Of a stretch of 64,000 nucleotides of DNA, positions 12,601 through 27,269 are shown piece after piece. Numbering within the stretch: position 1 is the stretch's first letter; every line of letters starts with the position of its first letter. The notes under the pieces are model-generated. The model was given only the letters and a program-made list of their open reading frames with translations, searched no databases and was not told the origin of the DNA. The stretch comes from Octopus vulgaris. Its lineage: Eukaryota. The DNA is taken from NCBI GenBank assembly GCA_951406725.2, contig OX597815.1:97154001-97218000 (forward strand), given 5' to 3'. A program made the translations under genes and the position numbers.

Positions 12601-13564
12601 TGTGCTGATGTAGCGAAACAATATATTTCTTTTAAGTATTTCATTTAACATAAACGCTTTGATAGGTATGACTGTAAAAATATAGCTTTAGCACATTACT
12701 GAGAAATTATTCCATGGTAGATGAAGTTGGGTAGGGTGGGCGTAATTGATTACTATGTATTAAGCAAACACGTAATACAAATGTCGATTCTTAATTAATA
12801 CAAACTGCTTATTTAACTTGGGGTTTTACCATACACAAATGTATCTGAAATACTGTTAAGTTTTCGATGTTTCCCTTGGTAAAATATTTAACATAATGTT
12901 CGAATAAGCGTAATTGTTTATACAACTGATGGATATGATCAAATTACAGACAAGGTAGCTGCATTCTTTATGTAAATAAATACTTCGCAAGCATATAGAA
13001 AATGTTGTCGCAAAATGTTTAGAACAAACTGCTCAATAAACACGTATATGTTTTCGTCCTTAGTATGGGTTGTTATATTAAATATCAAATTGTTCATCTC
13101 AATACTGGTTTCCATTTCCCAATTCAGTAGTGGTTTCTGTATTTGCATTTCGATTATGTAATTGCATCATGTTTTGTTAGGACATGACTTGTTTAGCTAG
13201 ATTTATAATTTGCCGTTTTGCTTGTTGCCTTCTATCTGCCTGTTACTTTTTCATTCAAATCTTGTACTGAAGTGATTTTTTTTGTGTCCACTTTAAAATA
13301 CTTTTTCCAGGAGATTGCATTATATATTTGATGCCTCCAAACAATCAAACTTTTCTGTCGGTGTTTATGTTGGCCATTTCTTCCTTGGTTTTCTTCCTAT
13401 TTTTTATATTTTTGTTTGTTCCTTTGTTCATCTTCCACTGCTATTTTAGCTACTGTTGCCCCTTCAGATATAAAATCACAGTCTGTGAAGTAGACAGATT
13501 GGCAACTTTATATATCCTTCTCCCTATCCCTGTCTCTCTGTCTCTCTCACTTTCTCTCTCTCTG

Positions 13565-13625
<61 letters not shown>

Positions 13626-16600
13626 TATGTATGTATTATGTATGTATATATCTATGTATGTGTATTCGTGCATGTGCATGTTTGTGTATATGTGTGCATG
13701 TTCACTCACACACGCATATATTTGTGAGTATGAGTGCGTTTGTCTACGTACGCATGTATTTATATCAATTTAATTTTTATTTTTGTAAGTTTTATAATAT
13801 GTTTTTTATGGATATGAAAGAATGATAAAGTAGAATGTTGTAATGTTATTTTATCAGACAAATTTCATTTGATACTGTCTTCTTAATACGTGAATTACGT
13901 GACTTAACCAATTTTGGTTTGATATAAAATAGCATATGCCAGATCGGTCTAGATGGGATCCAATTTAATTTTCTTTTACAAACATTACTTACTAATATAT
14001 CAAGAGTAATTATATAGAAATATGATTATTTACCTCTAAAGGAATTAAATATTATAAGGAAAATACTGAGCAATATACTGTTGCTCATTTTATGGCTTAT
14101 GTCAATGAGCCGGATGTGTATCCCTACATTCATATAGAATCTCTGCCAAAGTTTTATTTACGTCAAAGCCATACACTTGAGCATATACAAAACAGTTTCT
14201 GTACAAGTCTGCTGACGATAATCAGAAACACAGAGTTCGTAGAAAGAAAGCATAAAGGAAAATATACTAAATATGTGTGTCCATGTGTGTGTTTGCGTGT
14301 GCATGTGTGTGTGTTTGCGTGTGCATGTGTGTATCCATGTATCTGCGTATATATATATTAACTGCTAAATGACACCTCGTAATCCGCAAGCTATGGCAAA
14401 CAACCTTTATATTTAATGTATATAATCGTATACTAATTATATTTTATAACATGAGTCTATGTCCCAACCATTTTTCCAGCCTTAGTATTTCCACCTATAA
14501 ACAGAATCTAATAGGAATATACTTATATGAAACTGAAAAACATCGAACTCAGATGTTACAATTTTAATTTTAAGACCAATGTCAATGTAGAAGATTTTTA
14601 AAATAAATTCTTTTCTATCAGCCACATTTATTTCGCTAGTGTGAAATAGAAGAACCGTCTATACATATGATTTCCAAATTTTTACTCTTAAGAGAGAGGT
14701 AAAAGAAAATATGGGATGCATATCATTTACAGAATAATTTGTATAAATCCCTGTAGCAAGGATACTGCATTTCCTAACATATTAGTATTTAACACTTTTA
14801 ATTCTACGTCTTCTCATTCTCAGTATAAATCAGTTGTACATAGATACCTGAGGCTTCGGTTTTATATGCGGCGAGATTCATACGCAGAATTTTGCTTCAA
14901 CTTTTGGATATTTATGTGAATATATATGTGTGTGTGTGTATGAGTGTGTGTGCATGTGTGTGTGCGCGCGTATGTATATATAAAACTGTCGTACGCAAGG
15001 GAGTTAAAATGTGATTCAAAAGCCAGTTAATCAGATCAGCTGCGAATTAGGAAATATTTATCACACTTGTAAGAATTTGTATTAACTCCGTGTATGGAGA
15101 TTACCTGAACCAAAATATATCACTCTATCTTTTTCCGATATCTACGTATTTACTTATTTATTTATTTATTTATTTATTTATTAATCCTTTGTTATTGGAA
15201 AAACACGCACGCATGTGTCTGTGTGTGTGTGTGCATTAATATATGTGTGCTAGAATAGACAAGAATAAACATATGCATGTTCCCACACCTTCATACGCAC
15301 ACACACGCACAAACATAAAAGCAAATCAAATCCAACGATGTGAGTTTTATTTGTACGTATAAAATGCATCATGTGGTGGATAAAACACATAAATGTGTTT
15401 TTCCACTCACATATGCACACACACTGGCGCTTGTGCATGTATTTCTGTGTATGTATCTGTGCTAGTCTGTGTGTGTACGTGTATGAAATCGGCATGTTAC
15501 CTGATCAGTCCAATGCGTATGCACTTCATAGTTAATATATATTTCATATATCATGAATATTCGGACACGATCCGCATTGCAATATTCATAAATTGGCGCA
15601 GTTATTTTCCCTCTCTTTTCATCTGTACATTGTTTCTCTTCTATTTCTAGTATTTTGCTTGAATCCTGTGCGCAATCCGAAATTTGATAAGTTTGTTCTC
15701 GACATGTATGTGCATTTCTGTACTTCCATGAATCTGAATGTGTTTCTTTATCTGCCACACACACGCATACTTTCATACGCTTCTATGCATGGATGTTTAA
15801 ATATATGTGTTTATGTATTAATGTATGTCTACGTGACCATGTATGAGTTGGTGTATCTATTTGTTAGTACGTGACCTTTAACGTCTTTGTTGGTGACATC
15901 ATTTAAAATACGTGCATTTTGATACGAAGTGTGAAAGGCTGCAAAGTATGAGGCATTGGTTTAAGGGTTTCTTGACCACCTTGCTGGTTTTTAAATAGGT
16001 ATAGTTTTAATATTATGTTAGACGAATTACATTTATCTAACATCAATGAATTTAACATTACTTGATCCATCCAGAATATACAGTTTCCGAATTTCAGAAT
16101 TCACTCTAAAAAATATGCATATCTCTGACGCATATTAATTCCCTGAAACCTTCAAAATTTAATTTTAAAAATGCGACACCTCTCAGAGAGATACGGAAAT
16201 ATACAATTGCAAAATAAAGTATTGTTATCACATTTCCCTTCAATAATTACGTTCTAAAGTATTTTTTACTGAACATATACTATCGGCTACATGTAGCTTT
16301 TTCAAATCATGAGATATGGACAAAAAGTGAACGTTAAATTCATAACACAACGGTCAGTATGCCAGAGAATATTTTTTAGGTGTTAAATCCATATAATATG
16401 CTTTAAAGCCTATACAAAATCCGTACATTTGCTCTTCCGTAAGCGAGAGAGGAAAATCATGCGATATTAAACTAAAAGTAATTGCTTCGCTGTATTCATA
16501 TATTCTAATATTGATAATATCATCAGCCATTTACATTTGTCAAAGAAATTTCTTAGCTTTCAATATGCAAGTAAATAAATGGAAAACAGAACATTAAAGT

Positions 16601-18497
16601 AAAATCTCCAAAGGCACTAAATTAAATGTTCATAATGTTAAAATTCTAGAATATAGCTAGTAAAATCCCAAGAGACGTGTTGTCTTAATACAAAGCTATT
16701 TAAATTTGGATATAACACAAAAATATGAATACAGAGTTAAGTAAACTTCCTAATATAGTGAAATTCATAAAATGTGAAATAAGAAAACAGAAATATTGTC
16801 TGGCATGAAAGCGATATATAGATTCTTCGAGGAACTGATAAAACTATTTGTTATTTATCAGTCTTCAAAGAATATTTTCATAGTCATATTTGCATTTAAT
16901 GGGCGTTTGAACAAAAGTTTGCGGTGATTTCTTTTCTCATTCATAGCTTACTAAATAATGCCATGTATAACTATAGCATAGAATATAATACAATAAAGAT
17001 ACTAAATGCCGCAGTAGGAGAGAATAAAGGGATATCACAGCTGAAAATAATTTGTTTTATGTTTTTCAGAAAATAACAATAGTTTCCGCCCCCTTGAGTT
17101 TATTGAAAATTGGGCGACCGTAACTATATACTGCGTTTCAACGAAAATTAAAAATGAGAATTGATACACAGTATTAATAAATTATCTTTGCGTATCGTTT
17201 TCTGATAAGTCACAATTCCTGATGCTTTTTCAAAGTTTGACATTACAACAGAGTTGCATAGTCGGAAGTGATGAGCAAGACTTATAACTTGGGTAATTGC
17301 AAAACAGGTAACCAGTCACTTCAGAATTAGAGCATTATATATGATTGAAAATAGCTTGCAATTTGTGAGGAGAAAAACCTAAAACTTAAATTAAAAAAGA
17401 TGAATGGCACTCGCTATATTTCTATTGCACCAAGGTTATTTATGGAAGTATAGCACTACGGAAATTCATATCAACTGTAAAGGTTCAATCACTATTGCTA
17501 CCTTATACACTGTGCAAACTATTTTCAAACTAATTTGGTGATTATCCTTAAAATCCATACTATGTAGAAGGATAGACAAAGAACGCACATATCGTTTTCA
17601 GGAGTCACAATTACATGTACGTTGAATAAATGTAAATCACAATATCACAGGTAAAACAAAACATAGAGATGAAAACAGGAAAATAATTTACAACGGAAGT
17701 CTTCTGTAATTTTCAAGCCTTTAAAGTCAATAAATAAATTTAATATTTATTTTTCAAAGGAATTTTGTCATAATATTGAAAACTAGGTTAGCATATGCTG
17801 ATTCACTTTCGAGCAATTTTTATTTCCGATATCATTTATTATTCATTGATAAACAGACGTTTGTAATTTTCAGATCAAAATTGATGATTTAAATTTAACA
17901 ATATATGGAAATTTGGAGATAAATGTAACTACTTTCAATAGCAGCTCATAATTATAAGATATTTCTATTAAATGTATAGTGCTACGTTATAGTATACGAA
18001 TTGTATTATCAGAAATGTTATATCCAACGCCACTAAATGACATGAAAATATTTGTAATGATACTAACCAACATTCAGATAAAAGAATTTAACTAAATTGA
18101 ATTAAAATATTATATAATGTTTAAGATTGAATTGTGTGTACCAGCACGCGCATATTTAACAGTATTGAGTGTTTAAGTTTGAGATTAATATATTTAGAGG
18201 CGAGGGAGTCTGGTTTTACAGATAAGTGTTGTTAAATACTTATGAGTGTTTAGATGTGAGTGTGAGTGTATATGTATATATATATATATATATATATGTG
18301 CGTGTGTGTGTGTGTGTAAGTAAATGTAGAGAAAATAAGTTAGACAGGTCAATATATAAAGTATATTAAATACATGAAATATAAAAAAATATATATATGT
18401 ATACATAAAACAGGTCTGACTTACACAAAATAGAAATGATATGGTCAATTATAGAGGCGTAGGAACAATATTGCAAATTGGATCGCTGTTTCTGAGG

Positions 18498-18599
18498 CTC
18501 GGTGGTTCTTAATAATGTTTGTTGATTGATTCTGGAAGACAGAGGCTCGTCTCATCCTATGATGGAATCAAACTACAAACATTATTATGGACCACCGAG
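18498..18599. repeat. ~100-nt hairpin (25-bp outer stem)
   Basis: CTCGGTGGTTCTTAATAATGTTTGT (18498-18522) pairs with ACAAACATTATTATGGACCACCGAG (18575-18599), 23/25 Watson-Crick. Confidence 0.85.
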
Positions 18600-18897
18600 A
18601 CGGAGAATCGTTTCATGCTTTGACGGAATCATCCCACAGACGTTATTATGGACTACCAAACCCACGGAAATTGCTGTTGGGTTTGTAATACTGTTCCACA
18701 TCCTATTTAATTCTGCATGGCATTTCTGTTCTGTGCAAGTCGGGCCATGTTTTTGTTAAAATCATGTATTTAAAATATTTTATTATATATTGATTTAACT
18801 TGCTTTCTCTACATTTACATCTACACCAGCTCAAGTTTAAATCTCTTGAGCAATACTAAGTTCATTCGGTACGGAGAAAATTTTGATCTCAACTATG

Positions 18898-18945
<48 letters not shown>

Positions 18946-18978
18946 GTGTGTGTGTGTGTGTGTGTGTGTTTATTTATA

Positions 18979-19255
18979 TCACCGTCACCGTGACCGACCA
19001 GGCTATCAGATGTTGCTACGCATCGCTGGTCACAATGCACTTCGCACTGTTTTAGCTTTCAAATAACGCCACCCCGCTGGTAACAGAAGAAAGAGTGAGA
19101 GAAAATTGTGGCGAAAGAGTACACCACCCCCTGTCGGAGTCTCGTGGAGCTTTAGGTGTTTTCGCTCAATAAACACTCACAACGACCGATCTGGGAATCG
19201 AAACCACGATTCTACGACCGCAGTCCACTGCCCTAACCATTAGGCCATTGTGCCT

Positions 19256-19257
<2 letters not shown>
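18979..19257 (-). mobile_element. tRNA-derived SINE
   Basis: Minus-strand head GGAGGCACAATGGCCTAATGGTTAGGGCAGTGGACTGCGGTCGTAGAATCGTGGTTTCGATTCCC contains Pol III box A (TGGCCTAATGG) and box B (GTTTCGATTCCC). A non-tRNA body follows. Confidence 0.8.
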
Positions 19258-19340
<83 letters not shown>

Positions 19341-19344
<4 letters not shown>

Positions 19345-19545
19345 ATCCAAACATGAAAACACAACGCGAGGACGTAGAACAAATATAGTATTATTGGACG
19401 CTCAGGAAGGAAGGGAAGAGGGAGGGTTTAACGTTTCGAGCGGAGCTCTTCGTCGGAAACATAGGAGAGGGAAATATCCAGAGAAGGGAAGACACAGGAA
19501 AAAAATTTGCCAACGGTACACACGCGTTCACATTTTGAATGTATA
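19341..19545 (-). mobile_element. Short non-coding PLE pseudo-LTR-like unit bounded by (TA)n; same family as 21940-22262
   Basis: Reverse complement is colinear with 22080-22262 (pyrimidine tract, HHR, CCTTCC tract, ACGTCCTYGCGTTGT, TTTGGAT end). Confidence 0.65.
19426..19460 (-). ncRNA. Minimal hammerhead ribozyme motif with CCGACGA core variant
   Basis: Minus strand reads gttt-CCGACGA-a-gagc[tcc]gctc-GAAA-cg-TT-aaac. Perfect stems I and II, loop-less palindromic stem III (AACGTT). Confidence 0.7.
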
Positions 19546-19553
19546 TACATTTG

Positions 19554-19596
<43 letters not shown>

Positions 19597-20335
19597 TATT
19601 ATATTATATATTTAATGTAATATAATATTATATAATATTATATCATATATTATATTTCAATATGGATATTTATAACTATTTAAACCGCGGTTCACATTTA
19701 TCATAGATAATTGTTGTATATGTCAATAGATCAGAAGGTGATATCGTTAAAAGTTGAATTTGTTAAATATTCCTTTATTAATTAACTTCATTTACATATG
19801 TCCCTGTGTGGCTATGTAAGTGTATGAGAGAGAGATACTGAGAGAGAGAGACAGACAGAGAGAATGACATGGGGAAGGGGATGGCGATTTAGTGTGTAAG
19901 TTTGAACGTCTGTAAAGATTTATCTACATGTTATGTGTTATCAGTTTTTCATTTCTTTTAGTAATTTTATAAATTTAAATATATATCGTCAACTCAAAAA
20001 TAGTAAAATAAAATAGTTAATTATTCTTAATGATTTTCGCGTTATATTGGATTAAGTTTGTTCTGGCATTTTCTAATGTTATGCTAATTACAATATCTGT
20101 TCCATAATGTTCTAAATTTTAAGTATATTTTACAAATTTATAAACAATATAATTATATAGCAGAAAATAATGACATAATTGCTAGACTAGCATATGAAAT
20201 TAATATATACTGATTGGCATGTACGTTACCGTAACTTTGGAAAAAATATCTTACTATGGATGATCTGTTGTAAAACTGATAAAACAATTTATTCCATCTA
20301 ACTATATAAAGTATATATGTATGCATGTAAGGGTT

Positions 20336-20790
<455 letters not shown>

Positions 20791-21939
20791 TGTGTCTGCG
20801 TATATTTAATATATTTCAAACGTTTCTTTCGATCGTAATTTATTATATCTCGAAATTTAGTTGAATCACTGATGGAATATCGACGACTTAATAATAGTAT
20901 AATTTAGATAGATTTGCCTGCAAATTTGTATTGTATTGGCATCCTTTCTGTCTCGGGAGACAATTGAGTTGCGCATGAAGTAGTCTAGTCCGGCTTTTAT
21001 ATTTCATGTCCTGATACATTTCCTGCTGTGGCTGTGTAGTCCTATCCTGGACAAACACTCCCTCTGGCAGGTACCGCAAATGTAGCGATGACTGTTCCTG
21101 GCTGGTTGTAGTGCCATAGTCTCTTGTTTACGTCTCTTCCTTTCTTTCCATTTCTGCGTTCTCTCTCTGTCACTCTTTTGTATTCCCTCTGTTACTGTAC
21201 GTCGCCAAATTTTTACTTTTAAAGAATTTCACAATCATTTTGCTATCTTATCTACTCACTCATATATCATCTACTGATCTAACAGTTATATACTTACAGT
21301 AGCGTTACAATATTTATTGATATACACGGTGCTCGTGTATATTGATATACACGGAGTCAAATGACTGAAACAAGTATATGAATAAAAGAATATGAAACAG
21401 ATGAGAATGGAATTACAGTTAGCAAAATATCATTATATACGTAAATATATGCCATACACATGTAACATCATCCGAGTTTCTTAAGAAAGAATATCAGAAT
21501 GTGAGACCCACAGACGATCGGCCCCACAGTGCTGTTTTCACAATATTAACGTCGAATGTCACTAACACCCAAGATTTCTGCATTCATGCACTATCTCTGT
21601 AGACAATTCCGGTCCTTCCCATTTTGAAGTGGTGATCCTAGTTCTAGGATGTGACCTCAGAAAAGTACACGCACAAACACACTCAGATAAACTCACTCAT
21701 ACATATAAACAGATACACAAATACGCAAAAACATGCAAACACACACACACACACACACACATACACTCTTGCTACGCATCGGAAACAACAGTCTACTTAA
21801 CAATCTCATTCACATGTGTTGACATTGTTTATGCCATATCCTATATTTGAGTAATGACTTTTACATTACAGACCTATAACACTATATATATAATATTTTC
21901 TCCTCTCCACTCCACTTGGAAATCGTGTATCACATTCTT

Positions 21940-22262
21940 AGGCATTCACGCAAAGTAAACATTCAACAATTTGGTTGCCATAGGTAAGGCATCGAAAATT
22001 CGCCTCTGACTGACTTCCGTTGCATATATATAAATTAGTTCATGATGTATTTTCTTGCTCTTTCTTATTAGACAGACTATATTTGCGACTGTCGATATTT
22101 TCCTCCGTCTGCTTTTCTCTTGGACGTTCCTCTGTTTCTGAAGAAAAGTTTGTTCGAAACGTAGAACCATCTTTCTTTCCTTCCCTGACTGTGTGTTAAT
22201 ACTTTACATGTACCACGTCCTTGCGTTGTTGTTTTTTCGAGTTTGATCGTTTTCTTTTGGAT
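21940..22262 (+). mobile_element. PLE pseudo-LTR-like non-coding unit ending at (TA)n
   Basis: Homologous (inverted) to 19341-19545 and contains an HHR motif. The left boundary is approximate. Confidence 0.55.
22134..22167 (+). ncRNA. Degenerate minimal hammerhead ribozyme motif
   Basis: gttt-CTGAAGA-aaagtttgttc-GAAA-cg-TA-gaac. Core intact, stem II decayed relative to the 19426 copy. Confidence 0.6.
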
Positions 22263-22264
22263 TT

Positions 22265-22335
<71 letters not shown>

Positions 22336-22516
22336 TGTGTGTGTGTTTGTGTCTGTGTGTATATATATATATAATCGAATATATATTACTCAAAGCTCTC
22401 AACGGCTCCCTTCTGTTTTCCCACCAACGTTTTCCAATATGTCTTCTACTTGTAAAGCAGAAGCGCTTGATTTAAGAAATATCTGTATATGAAAATACAG
22501 TTGTTGATCTTTCGCG

Positions 22517-22830
22517 TTGATCAAATCTAACTTTAATTGTGCCTCTGAAAACATAATTTATGTCATAAAATGCTCGGGCTGCCACCAAGACTACGTGGGA
22601 TCCACGGGACTATCACTCAGACGTAGATGCACACTGCATCGACAACAGATTGCATTCCCAGAATACAGAATGATACCTTTTAGTGAGCACATTGAGAAGT
22701 GCGCAAAGCAACTACTACCACAATCTTTAATCTTTCCATTTTACCAATGTGCTATCGGATCATCAATACAAATTAGACTAAACAAGGAAACATTCTTCAT
22801 TGAAAAGTACAAGCCCAGACTTAACCATGC
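22517..22830 (+). pseudogene. GIY-YIG endonuclease fragment of a 5'-truncated Penelope-like element (3' UTR runs to ~23196)
   Basis: FNCASENIIYVIKCSGCHQDYVGSTGLSLRRRCTLHRQQI...IFPFYQ...RLNKETFFIEKYKPRLN is homologous to the C-termini of the 27.7-kb and 37.9-kb elements. Confidence 0.9.
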
Positions 22831-22998
22831 CAACATACTGATACAGAGAAATTCACACCAAGGGAAAGGAAAAAAAAAAAAAAATTTAAGCGATTATCTC
22901 CCTTACACCGGAAGAAATCACTCATTACCTCTCCTTATTTAGAACTCTTTTAAACATAAACATAAAGATAACTCTGTTCAAGATAAACATAACGTCAC

Positions 22999-23037
22999 AA
23001 GAAATTTGAAAAGCTAAACGCGAAACCGGTCTTTCTT
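22999..23037 (+). ncRNA. Decayed hammerhead motif in the 3' end of the 22.5-kb PLE
   Basis: aagaaa-t-TTGAAAA-gc[taaac]gc-GAAA-ccgg-TC-tttctt. The 3' half, palindromic CCGG stem III and 6-bp stem I are intact, but the CUGANGA box is mutated. Confidence 0.5.
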
Positions 23038-23720
23038 CTAAATTATGTCATTGTAAGAAAAAATTTTTTAATATTCTTCAGACATATTGACGCAAATATA
23101 TATATATTTTTAACCTTTAAGCCTTCTGTAGTTTTTTCACTTTTTACTATTTTCTATATATTCAACCACGTGCTTTCACAAAGCAACTTTCTTATCTATA
23201 TATATATATATATTTATATATGGATCAAATGAGTTCTATATGTGGGTGTACTGATCCTCTCATATAGTTTTGTGTGCCTGTATATATTGATGCGAGTGTG
23301 CGGATCTGTACATGGACGGCACACGCGTCAGCACACGTGCACACATACACAAGCATACACACACAGGTATACACATACACGCATATGTTTATGCGTATAT
23401 CCGCATGCATCTACATATGAATGAATATGCATGTGTGTGTGTGCTCCTCAGAAGGCAAATGCACGGAAAACTATCAGAGCTTTTGCACATGCCACCCCTT
23501 CCTACTGCCCCCAATAATCTGACCGATTTATAATAATTACGTGCTCTATTTCCTCTTATCTACGTGATCAATTTCCTGTTCGACCTGCGCTATATTCCAT
23601 CTAACTGTTACCTATATGCCAACATCAAACCATGACACCGCGTGACCTTCCTCGATAAATCGCAGCCCACCTTACATTAATAACAATCAACTTCTATCGT
23701 TCAAATACAAAATACCTGAC

Positions 23721-23872
23721 AGTCGACTACATCGACCCCAGTGTTTATTGACCCTGAAGGGATGAAATATAAAGTCGACCTCGGCAGAATTTGAACTCAG
23801 ATTATAGCGACAAGCGAAATACCACTAAGCATTTCTCTCAGTATACTAACGATTCTGCCAGCTTGCCGCCTT
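23721..23872 (-). mobile_element. SINE (AAGGCGG-headed family)
   Basis: Reverse complement gives AAGGCGGCAAGCTGGCAGAATCGTTAG...GAGTTCAAATTCTGCCGAGGTCGACTTT...TTCATCC...GGGGTCGATGTAGTCGAC, matching copies at 24204, 27270 and 51184. Confidence 0.8.
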
Positions 23873-24203
23873 TGCTATGTTATAAATAATGCGAGAACTC
23901 AGATGGTAAAAACTGACGATTCTCTGACAGGGAGAAAATATCAAGTGTAATAATTTAAATATAGACATCTGAAATTTTCATGAGAAATAACATTTTCCCC
24001 ACTTAATGTATCTCTCTATATCAGGTATTGAATTATTTGCGCTTTCTATAATCGTATCTTCATGTCTTTTTGTTGGTGGATCTGTTGGTTTTCTAAAGCT
24101 TTTGGTTTCCCGTAGAATGTATAGGTTCATGTGAATCCCTTCGTTGTGTTTGTTTTATTTTTTATCCTGCTATAGAGTACACTTCTTAATATCACAATGT
24201 AGT

Positions 24204-24400
24204 AAGGCGGCTAGCTGGAAGAATTGTCAACATGCCAGTAGAATTATTTTGTCCCACCTTGAATTCAAATTCAGCCGAGGTCGACTATACCTTTCATCAT
24301 TTTAGGGTCGATAAAATAAGTACCAGTTGAGCACTGGGGTCGATATAATCGCCGTGCCCCACCAACGACATTGTTGATTTTCCGCCAAAATTTGAAACCA
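24204..24400 (+). mobile_element. SINE (AAGGCGG-headed family)
   Basis: AAGGCGGCTAGCTGG...TTCAAATTCAGCCGAGGTCGAC...GGGTCGATAAAATAAGTACCAGTTGAGCACTGGGGTCGAT. Confidence 0.8.
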
Positions 24401-26006
24401 ATAGCACACTGCATTGAAATTGTAAGTGAAGAAAACCTTGTACAATGTGTTCCTGATATGCAGAATGACGATATATTTGTAATGAAGATGTGCCACACCA
24501 AACGATATGATGATAATAGCTTACAGCCGCAGTCCATCATTTTATATCCATTCCTAGTTTGTGTAATTTATAATTTACGTAGCTAATGTTTTTCTTTTCA
24601 TATATCTGTTATTTATAATTCTTCAATATCATTTGCAGAAAGAAATTCTTATTCATATTAGTTAAGTAGAACGGTTTGTTTAAATAAAATGCACTCTGTA
24701 ATAGCTTCTGCAATAAATTGACGCTGTTATAAATTTTTCCTTTATTGTGACGACAATGAAATTAGATATAGATGGATACACTGTAGTAGGGTCAATCAAG
24801 TGAACTCAGTCTTTCAATTCAAAATATAGATTTCTATCTTTTAAAATACAAAACGAAATTGAGTACTTCAGTGTATTACCTCAAACTGTTTAGTCGCAGT
24901 AAACCCTGCTACAATCATCCAATGATCAAACATAATTCGAGTTGCAATATTCATGTTATTCATTTGTTTAAAATTTGTGTATCAGCAACCGAAAAGATAT
25001 TTTAAAAGAATGCAGGGAGCAATTAAATGTATATATGACTGTCATTTTCACAGAAAAAGGTGTTAAAATTTAAATGCCCTTTGAAACAAACTCCATCGAG
25101 AGATGTTAGCTTCTGCCCTGAACTAACGTACAGATCTTCTGTGTCAAAAGAAAGAAGCAATATTATGAGTTATTATACGTATATTATACAGAGAATGTCA
25201 TCCAAAATATATATCTACTTTCTTAAGGATTCCCAAATTAATAAAACTTAATATATTTTTTCTTTAATAGCTAAGAGCACAGACAATCCATTAATAAAAT
25301 TACAAAAGAAAAAGAGAAATGTGCTAAGTTAAATAAATAAACCGAAAATAGCTGAGTTATTGATAGAAATATAAATGTTCAAGGAAATAAATGTAAATCA
25401 TTCACAGAGAAGTTGACCTGTGGTAGCAATACAAAAAAAAAAAAAGAAAAATGATTTAATCAAATTCCTCTACAGTATATACATGACTGATATTCTCTCC
25501 ATCAAATTAGAAAATGAATAAAAGTGTCATATTTTACAGCTAGAAGTCTAAAATAGTCCTATACTATTATACCGTTTATGGTTGAACGTATAGTGGTATC
25601 CAATAAATAGCTACGTGGTGTTGCATGATTCAGCTAACTCTGAGGACGTTTATAGGGAAAATAATAAAATGTATTTGTATTCTACTGAAAGATTGAAAGA
25701 TTGAAGAGTTCTGGTGAGATACATAATGATAGTATATAGTATAACAAAATTATGAATATATTACATTCTTCATACACATTATTTAAAACGTGTAAATGGA
25801 GCACATAACATTTGACCTAATTTAGCTTACCTCCATCCCCTCGGTAAGTATGTGGGACACATTATACTTTAGGAAAGACGACAGAATTTTAATTCATGAC
25901 TTGGTCAAATATAAAGAAAACCATTCTTGATTTCTCCACTTAGGTACTACACTGCGTAGAATCAGATCTATTTTGCCATGATACAGAATGAAAATACCCT
26001 TGTTAT

Positions 26007-26049
<43 letters not shown>

Positions 26050-26225
26050 CCACAAATGTTAATTTATTTTAAATACTATGTTCACTGTAATAGAAGTTAA
26101 AATAAACGATTACGTTAAACATAATTCTATTTTCACAATATATACCTGACATTCCACACATTATATCCTTACTAAAGCATTTTGAAAAAAAACTATTCCA
26201 AAATCTATGCAGTGCATACACACCT

Positions 26226-26317
26226 ACATACATACATACATACATACATACATACATACATACATACATACATACATACATACTTACATACATACATGCA
26301 TACATACATACATACAT
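26226..26317. repeat. (TACA)n microsatellite
   Basis: Direct inspection. Confidence 0.95.
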
Positions 26318-27269
26318 ATAAATATGCATGGTGCATGTCTGTGTGTGTGTGTGATCTGTATGTGTATATTTAAATCAGTGTATCCAGCATTCTTTGCAAT
26401 ATGTGGTTATATTTGTGTTTGTTAATGTCTATTGACCAATCGTAGTTGCTCCAACCATTGCGATAAACGGGCTGTCGTTCCTATTTTCTCAGAAATAATA
26501 CAACTGCCTGAAATAGCCCTCCTATACAAGTTTCCTATTCATATAAAAATGTTCAGATAATTCAGCTGAATTTCAATAAATGTATACTCAAAAACGTGAA
26601 AAGATATGAAGCGTTTGTGTGCGCCACATTTAATTATTTGATTCCCAGACGAAATTATTAATACAATATTAACTAAAGTGAAATCGAATACTGAAATTTG
26701 GTAGTTGTAACAGTATATTTAAGAAACTTGTTCTCGATTTTATCATCGATTGTATGAGTAATTATATAAATTCGAAAATTAATAGTTATTTAGATAATTT
26801 AGTTTACAATTAATCGAAGCTACGTGAATATAACATAATGTTCTTTCTAGCAATATTTGCTAGAAATGCAGGAAGGGACATAATCGAGCAACGCAAGAAT
26901 GCTTCCTTTATAGCCGCCCTACTAAAGATATTGTGATTGATTCATAACCAAATACTGCTACTTTGTTAGTGAAGAGAAATGGCATCAGATAAAAGATGAA
27001 AGCTATTTTGTACAGAGCAACGGGAATAAATTCATTAATATTCAACACCTTTTAATTCCCAAGATAGTTTCTTTGTTTATTCCTGTTAATATGTCTGCAG
27101 TAAAATTTTGAACTGTAAAGAAGTTTGTTTCCTACTTGGAATCCTTTATATTATATTCTACATTCGTAAATATGTTTAGCAGGGTGTTTCTGTGCGAATC
27201 TGCTTACATTTATGTGGTATGTGTTTGTATATATATATCTTGTTTATTCCCAATATCTTCTCTCTCTCC

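Noticed and set aside
14205-14245. CTGACGA-taatca-GAAAC...GTT hammerhead-like string
   Set aside because: No stem II is possible in 6 nt and stem I does not pair convincingly.
15900-18200. Long repeat-poor AT-rich stretch that might hide host exons
   Set aside because: No open frame with credible splice sites or protein similarity visible by eye. Small exons cannot be excluded without RNA-seq.
19185-19257. tRNA gene
   Set aside because: Box A and B are present but there is no closing acceptor stem, and the sequence continues into a SINE body.
20881-21208. Possible solo LTR (CGACG...CGTCGCCA ends, minus-strand TATAAAAG)
   Set aside because: Only a 5-bp inverted match, no clean TG...CA pair and no TSD. 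Left unclassified.
23905-23945. CTGACGA-stem-GAAA string
   Set aside because: Stem II can form but there is no stem I complementarity, so it is probably chance.
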